Virus record (IMG/VR): IMGVR_UViG_3300018475_000004
Length of the DNA stretch: 64,000 nt
Reading direction: 5' to 3' (one strand)
Origin: a virus
Lineage: Duplodnaviria > Heunggongvirae > Uroviricota > Caudoviricetes
The translations under genes were made by a program, and so were the position numbers. The stretch's first letter is position 1; every line of letters starts with the position of its first letter. Shown here piece after piece: positions 10,013 to 18,287 of this stretch. Under the pieces are notes generated by a model, which ran no database searches, was not told the DNA's origin, and was given only the letters and a program-made list of their open reading frames with translations.

Positions 10013-10510
10013 ATGGGAAGTAAACTCACTGTCAAGAAAATGGACCTTTCACAAGTCAATTTTGAACCAATGGAAGGAGAAGTAATTCAAGATTCCATTT
10101 CAGGTGAAATTCGCGTATATCATGACGGTCATTGGGTTACAATGAGAACTGATGGCGCAGGCTTGAATTTAGGTCTATATGATTTGAATAAACAAATTAT
10201 CGCCCAGCTTCCTGAGTTGGCTGATTTAAATAAGGCAATCCAAACCATTGAAGCATTACATGAAATGTATCGTAATAAATACTATATGCTTTACGGTAAA
10301 GAGATTTCTTATTTTACTGTATTCAAACTAATTGAGCCTCAGTATTTCGCACAAGAGGTTCTTGATTGTCTGCGAAATGTGGGAAAAATTAAAGCCATTG
10401 ACCCCGACGAACCTGGCACTGCCGTGGAGATTTGGGTGGAAACAGATGACGGCCCAACCTGTCTATATCTGTTCCCTTATGATAGTGGCTTAGTTCAGGT
10501 AGGTGAATGA
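10013..10510 (+). CDS. Hypothetical protein (165 aa)
   Basis: ORF with ribosome-binding site AAAAGGAGG upstream; follows its own promoter. Confidence 0.6.
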   Translation: MGSKLTVKKMDLSQVNFEPMEGEVIQDSISGEIRVYHDGHWVTMRTDGAGLNLGLYDLNKQIIAQLPELADLNKAIQTIEALHEMYRNKYYMLYGKEISYFTVFKLIEPQYFAQEVLDCLRNVGKIKAIDPDEPGTAVEIWVETDDGPTCLYLFPYDSGLVQVGE

Positions 10511-10511
10511 A

Positions 10512-10781
10512 ATGAAAAGAATTTATTGTGAATTACATATGTTCGATTTGCACCAGAGAGTCTATATCGTTGATACAGATACTGGAGATAAAGAGTGCGT
10601 AGCAATTACCACCATGGAAGGACTTCCAGAGGTAATCAGTACAATCAGTAATGAAAAGAAAATTGATCATGTATATTTGAGTGGCAATAGTGTTTTCGGT
10701 AATGCTGTTTCCGAAGATATTCTTGCTTACTCAAAAATGAATTATAGTCGAAATAATATTGTTGTAGAGGTAATAAGATGA
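10512..10781 (+). CDS. Hypothetical protein (about 89 aa)
   Basis: ATG at 10512 after AGGTGA; overlaps the upstream stop. Confidence 0.5.
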   Translation: MKRIYCELHMFDLHQRVYIVDTDTGDKECVAITTMEGLPEVISTISNEKKIDHVYLSGNSVFGNAVSEDILAYSKMNYSRNNIVVEVIR

Positions 10782-11020
10782 AATATTTATTAAAAGCTGT
10801 TGATACTTATAGAGTTCCCACCATTGCCGATGTTGAGGCTCTTCATGAACAATTACTAGATGATCCCACTTTTGACCTAACTGCTTTTAGTTATAAGACT
10901 AAGCAAATTAAGGCTAAGGGTGAAGTTATTGAAGAATATCAAGTAGTTACTGCTACTAAGATTTTCACTAATGAGAAAGACCCCGAGGATGTTTATACCG
11001 TCACTTATGAAAGGGGTTAA
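10778..11020 (+). CDS. Hypothetical protein (80 aa)
   Basis: ATGA start/stop overlap with the upstream ORF. Confidence 0.5.
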   Translation: MKYLLKAVDTYRVPTIADVEALHEQLLDDPTFDLTAFSYKTKQIKAKGEVIEEYQVVTATKIFTNEKDPEDVYTVTYERG

Positions 11021-11025
11021 TCATC

Positions 11026-11565
11026 ATGGCACATTTTGAAAAAGTTTCTAAGTATGCGGACGCGGACTTAGCTATGCCGGTCCGTAAAACCAGTCAATCC
11101 GCAGGATATGACATGGTCGCCGCAGAGGATTATGTAATTCCTTCTCTTCCTTTGATGTGTGAAGAAGCAAAATTATTATGGCCTGTTGAGGTCGATGAAT
11201 ATGTAAGTCTGGAACAAATGGCTGACTTTACTAAGAAGATTGGTTTCAAGCCAACTCTTGTTTCTACTGGAATGAAGTGTAAGTTAGATCCTGGCTCTTG
11301 GTTACAACTAAGTGTCCGCAGTTCCTCTCCCTTGAAATATTGGTTGATGTTGGGTAACGGCATTGGTATTATCGATGCTGATTACTACAATAACCCCGAT
11401 AATGAAGGTGAGATTTTCTTCCAGATTTACAATCTATCTCCATTTAATATTCAAATTAAGAAAGGTGACGCAATCGGTCAGGCAACCATTCTTCCATATG
11501 GTATCACTTCTGATGATGTGGTAATGGGCGAACGCACTGGCGGATTCGGTTCTACTTCTAAGTGA
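11026..11565 (+). CDS. dut: dUTP diphosphatase
   Basis: Motifs AGYDM, SVRSS, GIIDADY and C-terminal RTGGFGSTSK. Confidence 0.85.
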   Translation: MAHFEKVSKYADADLAMPVRKTSQSAGYDMVAAEDYVIPSLPLMCEEAKLLWPVEVDEYVSLEQMADFTKKIGFKPTLVSTGMKCKLDPGSWLQLSVRSSSPLKYWLMLGNGIGIIDADYYNNPDNEGEIFFQIYNLSPFNIQIKKGDAIGQATILPYGITSDDVVMGERTGGFGSTSK

Positions 11566-12047
11566 GAACTCTTGCATTGGACCAGGCCAGTCGCGTGACT
11601 GGTTGGGCAGTATTTGATGATGGTGAACTTTACAATTATGGCAAGTTCTCCGCAACTCAAACCGATGTTGGAGATAGACTTCACTTTATTCGCAAGGAAG
11701 TTATTGGTTTAATTGAGAAGTTTGATATTGACGAAGTCGTCTTTGAAGATATTCAACTTCAAAATAATGTTGTCAATAATGTAGCCACCTTTAAAGCATT
11801 GGCTGAGGTATTTGGCGTTTTACATGAATTATTTGTTGAAATGAAAATGCCTCGAACCGCCGTTCTTTCTACCGTCTGGAAATCTTCTCTTGGTATCAAG
11901 GGAAAAGATCGTCCAGCCTAGAAGAAAGCCGCACAAGATTGGGTTGTAAAAACCTATAATGTAAAACCAACACAGGATGAATGTGATGCTATTTGTATTG
12001 GCGCTCATTATACCAAAAATAAGGTCGAAGTATTCGATTGGTCCTAA
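11562..12047 (+). CDS. RuvC-like Holliday junction resolvase containing one in-frame TAG (11919-11921) read as a sense codon
   Basis: N-terminus LALDQASRVTGWAVF (catalytic Asp). The conserved C-terminus QDECDAICIGAHY lies downstream of the TAG in the same frame. The true stop is TAA at 12045. Confidence 0.75.
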
Positions 12048-12111
12048 CTAATAAATCCCCCTATCCAACTTCTTATAAATGTCAGAGAAGTTAGAAAGGG
12101 GGATACTTTAA

Positions 12112-12570
12112 ATGGAATTATTAGCTGAGTGGGGTATGGAGATTTTGTTTGCTCTTATCAGTGCCGGTGTAATTGGTTATGCTAAGTTCAAAACTCGTGA
12201 ATTGAATCGTGAATTAAGAAACGCTAGAGAATTAGCCGCCGCCCAAGAGAGACAACATGTCGAGGACACCATTGAGATCCATTTAGAACCAGTATATCAG
12301 GAATTAGAGGAACTAAGAAAATATATCAGAGAAACTGAGAACATCGAGAAGACTCATATGAATCTGATTATTGCTTCTTATCGTTTCCGCTTAGTACAAT
12401 TATGCAAAGGATTCTTAGCTCAGGGATATATTACTCCTGCACAGATGGAACAGTTAACCGAGTTCTATAAATTATATACTGGTTTGGGTGGCAACGGTCA
12501 AGCTAAAATCTATTATGATAAGGCTATGGCTTTAGACTTAAAAGTTGATAATGACGACGTTGTTGATTAA
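12112..12570 (+). CDS. Hypothetical membrane-anchored coiled-coil protein (152 aa)
   Basis: N-terminal hydrophobic segment ILFALISAGVIGY; last gene of the plus-strand module. Confidence 0.6.
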   Translation: MELLAEWGMEILFALISAGVIGYAKFKTRELNRELRNARELAAAQERQHVEDTIEIHLEPVYQELEELRKYIRETENIEKTHMNLIIASYRFRLVQLCKGFLAQGYITPAQMEQLTEFYKLYTGLGGNGQAKIYYDKAMALDLKVDNDDVVD

Positions 12571-12586
12571 ACCAAAAAAAAATAAG

Positions 12587-12630
12587 GGGTCGATTATGAT
12601 TATTCATAATCGACCCTTATTTCATTTTTA
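12587..12630. terminator. Bidirectional rho-independent terminator at the junction of the convergent modules
   Basis: 13-bp perfect stem GGGTCGATTATGA/TCATAATCGACCC flanked by an A-run upstream and a T-run downstream. Confidence 0.7.
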
Positions 12631-12928
12631 TACCATTATAAATCGCGTTTGTCCGTTCTAATATATCTTCTCCATATTCAGTCATAAGCTCTGCTACCAT
12701 TTCCTCTTCATCATATGATAAATCCACAGCATAGCTAAACATAAAAGCATGAACTAATTCATGACATAAGACTTCTTTTAGTTGTTGAGGGGAAAGAGTC
12801 TTGTCTATACATATAGTCTATGTGACTTTATCACAAACTCCAAGAGCGTGAGTTCTCCAAGGCGTAAGTAGCATTGGATGGGCTGGCGAGACCAACCGGA
12901 CCCGCCAGCGCACGCCATTTATAATCAT
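12617..12928 (-). CDS. Small recoded ORF (about 85-103 aa, 1 in-frame TAG) with an HExxH motif
   Basis: Reading through TAG at 12818-20 gives ...QQLKEVLCHELVHAFMFSYAVDL.... ATGA overlap with the upstream gene. Not in the ORF track because the TAG splits it. Confidence 0.35.
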
Positions 12929-13506
12929 TTCATTTGACCAATTTTAGAAGCCAATGCGGTTATCTTCTTTTCAAGATATGCTTTTTCTTCTGGAGAAGCA
13001 TCCGCAATCATTTCGGTAATATCCAGAGATAGCTCTTGCATATACTTTTCTAACTCACGCAATTGAGTAGCTTTATCTCGTTTCATATCCTTGGCTTCCA
13101 TATACATTCTACGACTATTATAACTGCGGCCTTCGCGCTCATCGCGCCACATACCTGGGTCATCGTAATAATTTCTTCCATTAGAACTATTCATTCCAGA
13201 AGAAGAAGAATTATCATTGTCAGCATAGAATGTACCATCACTTCTACGATTTCTGTCATAATACATGCGGCTGTCACCATTTTCCTACTGGTGATGGCCG
13301 CCTTTTTTCATTTCAAACTCCATTTCGTGTGAAGAGTTGTTCATAGCTTCTGTAACGGTGCAATAGTAGATTGCCTCTTCTAAATCTTTAATCATATCAA
13401 TAGCTTCTCCAAGCTCTTTAGTATCTACTTCACCCAAATCACATAATTGTACTTCAACAGCACACATTAAAGTTTCTTTCATGTGTTTTAATCTTTCGTG
13501 GTCCAT
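12925..13506 (-). CDS. Hypothetical late protein (193 aa, 1 in-frame TAG at 13285)
   Basis: ORFs 13285..13506 and 12925..13266 share a frame and are joined by TAG (...GGHHQ-Q-ENGDSRMYYDR...); ribosome-binding site AAGGAGGG; true stop TGA. Confidence 0.6.
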
Positions 13507-13517
13507 ACTATCCCTCC

Positions 13518-13940
13518 TTACGCAGAACGTTCAGCAATTAGATTTGCATTTTGTACATCAATTGGCTGAGTAGAAATATTCTTCACGGCCACATGAGAGC
13601 AGCATCCTTTTGGAATATCAATAAAGATAGATGCGCTCACATTGAAGAAATCTCCAACTGCGGCAGGGGTGACAGTCATAATTGTAGCTGGAACCGCTTC
13701 ACCATCCAAAGAGATAGCTAAGGAAATTGGTCCGACGGTGCCACCTTCTGCAATCGCGACATTTGCGCCGAAATGTACTCTAAAACGGGCGCGGCACTGA
13801 GTATTGGTGACTCCGCGAAGAGTCACCAATCCACTACCATCACGATGCTCGATAGAATAATTTCCAGAAGTAACAGAATCAGTGAAATAAACATTCTGAT
13901 TTGCGGGAACTGTTTGAACAGCATTAGCAATAATTTCCAT
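13518..13940 (-). CDS. Hypothetical protein (140 aa)
   Basis: Intact ORF; ribosome-binding site AAGGAGGAAAG; TAA stop. Confidence 0.6.
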   Translation of the reverse strand: MEIIANAVQTVPANQNVYFTDSVTSGNYSIEHRDGSGLVTLRGVTNTQCRARFRVHFGANVAIAEGGTVGPISLAISLDGEAVPATIMTVTPAAVGDFFNVSASIFIDIPKGCCSHVAVKNISTQPIDVQNANLIAERSA

Positions 13941-13959
13941 ATACTTTCCTCCTTAGATA

Positions 13960-14676
13960 TTAGTTGCAGCCACATCCAGCATAGTAGTTCATACCACAAC
14001 CATAGCTAGCATATGGATTAGCTACCATGTATGCAGGAATAGGAGCCTTAGTTCCTAACTGGTCGATCAAGAAAGCGTTCTGAGCTTGCTGAGAAGCGGT
14101 CAAGCGCAAAGCCTGATTTTCAGCCTGCAAAGTAGCAATCTTATCCTGAGTCAAGAAGTCTAAGATAGAGCGAACACCATTATTATTGTTTTCAATAATA
14201 TCTCTCGCGGCATTGGCAATATTAGTATTAGTTGCGTTAGATTGAGTCAAGATATTATAGTTGACTTCGCACAAACCTCTCTCAATCAAGCGCTGAGTTT
14301 CGCAGCAACAAGCAGCTTGCTCTGCGGACATATCACACAAACGGCCCATAATGGCGTTAGTGTTCTGCATATTACCCATAGTAACATTACCAAAACCAGT
14401 TAGCAAAGAAGTGTTCATGTCATAGAAACCATCGCATAGACCATGCTCTAGTCCACGGATTCCATTTTCTAGATTGTTGATATCAAAGCCATAAGAAACA
14501 GCGTCGCGAGCGTTACCTGCGCCAAGGCCGCCGCCATAGCCACCATTACCCCATCCCGCAAACAGGAATAACAGTAACAGCCACCATGCGCCGTCGCCAT
14601 CTCCACCGAAACCAGTACCACTTCCACGGGTTACAGCAGCGATATCAGATAAATTATAACCTTTTCCATTGAACAT
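13960..14676 (-). CDS. Gly/Cys-rich membrane protein (238 aa)
   Basis: GFGGDGDG-AWWLLLLFLFAGW-GNGGYGGG transmembrane segment flanked by Gly runs; Cys-rich C-terminus; ribosome-binding site AGGAGG. Confidence 0.6.
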   Translation of the reverse strand: MFNGKGYNLSDIAAVTRGSGTGFGGDGDGAWWLLLLFLFAGWGNGGYGGGLGAGNARDAVSYGFDINNLENGIRGLEHGLCDGFYDMNTSLLTGFGNVTMGNMQNTNAIMGRLCDMSAEQAACCCETQRLIERGLCEVNYNILTQSNATNTNIANAARDIIENNNNGVRSILDFLTQDKIATLQAENQALRLTASQQAQNAFLIDQLGTKAPIPAYMVANPYASYGCGMNYYAGCGCN

Positions 14677-14697
14677 AATTTTTTTCCTCCTTAAATT

Positions 14698-14952
14698 TTA
14701 AGTGTTGTAGCCTAATGCACGTTTAAAGGCTTCGAACTCCTGGTCGAAATTTTGACCGCCCTACTGGGCGTAAAGGTTGCGAATTACTTTCTCTAATTCG
14801 ACAGTGCGACCAGATTGAGCTAAATTTAGGAGATTTTTTCCGAGGGGATTATCATAGGCTTGTCCTTTCAAAATTGATAACATCAATTGCTGAGGATTTT
14901 GCCCGGATTTAATCATTTGGATTAATTTATTTGGGTTTACTGGATACATCAT
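14698..14952 (-). CDS. Hypothetical small protein (84 aa, 1 TAG at 14761)
   Basis: ORF 14761..14952 extended through TAG to TAA at 14698; ribosome-binding site AGGAGGTATGA. Confidence 0.5.
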
Positions 14953-14962
14953 TCATACCTCC

Positions 14963-15397
14963 TTAGAATGACATTAATTCTACTTTTTCTTTTGCGGGGG
15001 CAGATACGGCCGGCTCGGTTGGCTTCTGGAGCATTTGTAGTTGCGCCAGGACCTGCTCAAACTCTTCTCTCGTTACAAATTTCTCAACGGATGGAACAGA
15101 ACCGCTCTCTTCTCTCTAAACGGGCATTTCCCTTAATTCATACACACACAGTGATGCGGTGCCATCCATATTTATTTGTTTTGTGTAGATTCGTCTGTTC
15201 GCTAAATCTGGGAAGTAGAATACAGAACCATCAAAGTCAATAGAGGTTGCACGGGCCTCTTCCAATGATGCTACCAAGCGTCCTTTCAGTCCTGCTTGCG
15301 GCGGCGCCTGTCGTAAGTAAGACAATGGTTGGTACACTGGTTGCTATTGGGCGACTTGCTAGGGTTGTTGTGGATAATAATTATAGTTTGAGTACAT
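14963..15397 (-). CDS. Hypothetical protein with Q/P/Y-rich N-terminus (144 aa, 3 in-frame TAGs)
   Basis: ATG at 15397 with ribosome-binding site GGAGAGGAGA. TAGs at 15359 and 15344 fall inside YPQQP-Q-QVAQ-Q-QPVYQP. TAG at 15116 joins to the TAA at 14963. Confidence 0.6.
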
Positions 15398-15439
15398 ATG
15401 TAAGGTCTCCTCTCCATACAAAAAATATTTTATCCAATC

Positions 15440-15600
15440 CCCTCATAGCTTTATGAAAATTAGGACCGAAAAATTACCCTAATTTGTCCAAACGAGGACC
15501 GAACCCTAACCGAAAATGGACCGCGACTGGAATGAAAAATAACCAAAAATGGACCGTAAGAATACCGGGACATAACTTTTTGAGGTCCTGCGAATGACAA
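15440..15600. repeat. Array of 4-5 GGACCG direct repeats (AAAAT-GGACCG units) in the intergenic region
   Basis: GGACCG at about 15465, 15495, 15517 and 15551, plus degenerate GGTCCTG at 15584; spacing 22-34 nt; between a terminator and the next gene start. Confidence 0.5.
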
Positions 15601-15643
15601 AAAAAAATACCCGAAAAATACTTTTTAGGTATTTTTCGGGTAT
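15596..15643 (-). terminator. Strong rho-independent terminator (minus strand)
   Basis: 15-bp perfect stem ATACCCGAAAAATAC/GTATTTTTCGGGTAT followed on the minus strand by T9. Confidence 0.8.
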
Positions 15644-15651
15644 CTCCGCAA

Positions 15652-16059
15652 TTACTCAGTAACAGGAACAATCTTACTTACATTAACCTCAGCCTCAATA
15701 CGACTAGTAATGTAGGCGGTCAAGTCGCCATAAATGGAAGCCAAATAATGCTTAGCTTCATCAGTTAATACAGACATAACTGCATTATAAGTCAAATTGA
15801 AAGCTTCCTTCTGAGCTTCTGCATCAAACTTACCTTGCTTCTTCAAAGATTCAACATAAGTCTGATTAGTTGCGATAACGCAAGTAGTGATAGTATCAGC
15901 AAGCATTTGAATGTACTTATCTGCTAATTCACTATCAGTCTTATCTGCGATTTCTTGGCTCTTCATTTTAATGAATTGAACTAAGTACATAGTCAATACA
16001 CCCAAGAGAGGAATAACGCAAAGTTCAAAAATTTGATATAACATAACCATCCAGTCCAT
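15652..16059 (-). CDS. Putative holin-like single-TM protein (135 aa)
   Basis: N-terminal transmembrane segment VIPLLGVLTMYLVQFI then a soluble coiled region; ribosome-binding site AAGGGGGA; terminator immediately downstream. Confidence 0.4.
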   Translation of the reverse strand: MDWMVMLYQIFELCVIPLLGVLTMYLVQFIKMKSQEIADKTDSELADKYIQMLADTITTCVIATNQTYVESLKKQGKFDAEAQKEAFNLTYNAVMSVLTDEAKHYLASIYGDLTAYITSRIEAEVNVSKIVPVTE

Positions 16060-16080
16060 ATTATATCCCCCTTTTTTTTA

Positions 16081-18255
16081 TTAGAATTGAACAAATGAAT
16101 CTCTAGAATCAATATACATATATAATTGAGTCAGAGTCCATGGTTGCTACAGGGTCCAAACAACATATAAATTTAAAGTAGCTCCATCTGCTACGCCTAA
16201 ATCATCAACAAATCCTTGACCAAATCGATAGTCAGGAGAAGTGGCAGATGCAGATCTACTCCAACCAATAGCTTCATAGCCATCCTTCGTCCATCCAGAA
16301 GGAAGAGTTCTAAAAGTATTGGTGGTAGCTGCAGGAATACAACTAACACTTAATGTATTACCATTGCTATTGTCATGATATTTAATTGTAAACTCTTTTG
16401 TATCCCAAACTGCATATAAAATAACTGTTGCGCCTGCGGCTCCAATATTATTGAAAGTATCTCCAGCTTCATAAGTCGCAGTCGTAGCAGAAGATGATGT
16501 AGACCATCCTAAGAAGATTAAGCCATTGGCTGCAATGGTTCCAGTAGGAATGGTATAATTAGTATTACGAGCACAAGTCATATTACTAAAATCACCACTT
16601 TGAATACTACCACCATTTAGATTGAAAATAACTGTATAAGTGGCTTCACCCCATTGAGCGTATAAAGTAACAGTTCCTCCGGCAGTAGTTGTTAAATCAG
16701 TTACTACAGCATTATTAGCATATGTAGTTCCTGTTCCATCTTCTTTGGTATTCCATCCGGTAAAGGTATAACCAGAATGGGTAAAACTATTAGTTCTTAA
16801 ACTAGAGCCTTCACCATAAGTATGAGATGTATTAGCCATAGAACCAGTACCACCATTAGCATTATAAACAACAGTATAAGTATTTCCAACCCATTCTGCA
16901 GTCGCAGTTACATTGCCAGCATAATTACCATTGAAAACCCAAGAGCGAGTATCAGAAGCAGTAACCATTGCGGCGGCTGGATTATCGCCCATAAAATAGA
17001 AAGTAGCACCACTAGTATTCTATTGACCTGAGCCTCCAGAGAAAGTAAATCCAGTACAAGTATAACCAGGTTTTGTTGGCTTATTGTCTGGCTAGTATCC
17101 TTCGTAACTATCTAAATTACCAATATAAGTTAGAGTACCATAAGAGAATTCTGTGGTAAAAGGACTTGAAGTAGTATTGTCACCGTTATACATTGTACCA
17201 CCATTTGGATTAATGGTTAATGTATATACATTGGGTGTCCAATATGGATAAAAAGTTGCAGGAGCATCTGTCTGATAAGTTCCATTTAAGGTATTTACCC
17301 ATACCGTACCTGCGGCGTCAGAAGCCCAATCAGTTTGAGTATAACCAGAACGAGTGAATTGCACTCCTTTTAAGGTTAAATTTGTACCATGAGTTTTATA
17401 AACAGAACTCTCTGTACCAGAACCATAAGTACCAGCTTTATATTGAACTAAATAAGTCGCAGAACTTGCGTTAGCAGTATAAGACTTATTACCATAAATA
17501 TAAAAACTATAAGGGTTTGCGGTTGAAGTTTCTGAACCTGTCCAGTTTACAAAGCTATATCCAGAAGATGGAGTAGCTCTAATGGTTACTAAATCGCCTT
17601 CTGTATAAGTGCCACCGCCACTTACAGAACTGATACCAGTACCTTTACTCAAACTTACAGTATAAGATGCTGCATTTTGAGTATAAGTAACATAAGCATC
17701 AGTGCAAATTGCGCCACTGTGATAAAAACCATAAATTTGGCTTGTAGATTTAGTATATAAGAATAAATAATATGAAGTATTTGGGGAAAAAGATCCGTAG
17801 AAAGTAGGAGACCAAGTATTAAGATTTAGAGAATTTCCAGTAAGAGAACTGGTACTAGCCTCACTTCCAATTGCGTAATTTCTAAAAGTGCTGTAAGTAT
17901 CACTACTACTACTTGTAGAAGTAGTTCTTAAACTAGCATATAATGGATAAGTAGAAGTAAGACCTTTGTAAGTATGGTCAAAACCTTGAACTGTAATTGT
18001 TAAAGCACTAATAGTAACATTTGATAAATTTGGAGTAGTTACTTTGATAGCAACTGTAAATTTACTATTACCGCTTGGATCACAAGCCATGGGGTTGACA
18101 TTTCCACCGAAGAAATCTTCTCCATCATTAACGCCCCAACCTTCATCGTCAGTTGTAGAAGTGCCTAGGTTGCCGCCAGAGGGTCCAAACCAGTAGACTC
18201 CAGTGGCAGCAACTCTTGCACGAACACCATTTATAGTGCAATCATAAGTTGCCAT
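16081..18255 (-). CDS. Tail fibre/adhesin with Listeria-Bacteroides (Flg_new-type) repeat domains (724 aa, 3 TAGs)
   Basis: ORFs 17092..18255 and 16147..16992 share a frame and are joined by TAGs at 17092, 17020 and 16147. Repeats TYTVVYNANGGTG...LYAQW and YTVIFNLNGG...LYAVW. Ribosome-binding site AAAGGAGAAAA. Confidence 0.65.
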
Positions 18256-18287
18256 TGTATATTTTCTCCTTTCTCACCTAGATTTTA

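Noticed and set aside
12860-12925. tRNA-like structure, a candidate suppressor tRNA
   Set aside because: There is only a single 7-bp stem with a 14-nt loop (12882-12909). There are no D or T arms and no acceptor stem, and it lies within or downstream of coding sequence.
15440-15600. Possible mini-CRISPR array
   Set aside because: The repeat core is only 6-8 nt with irregular 22-34-nt spacing and no conserved longer repeat, so it is not CRISPR-like.
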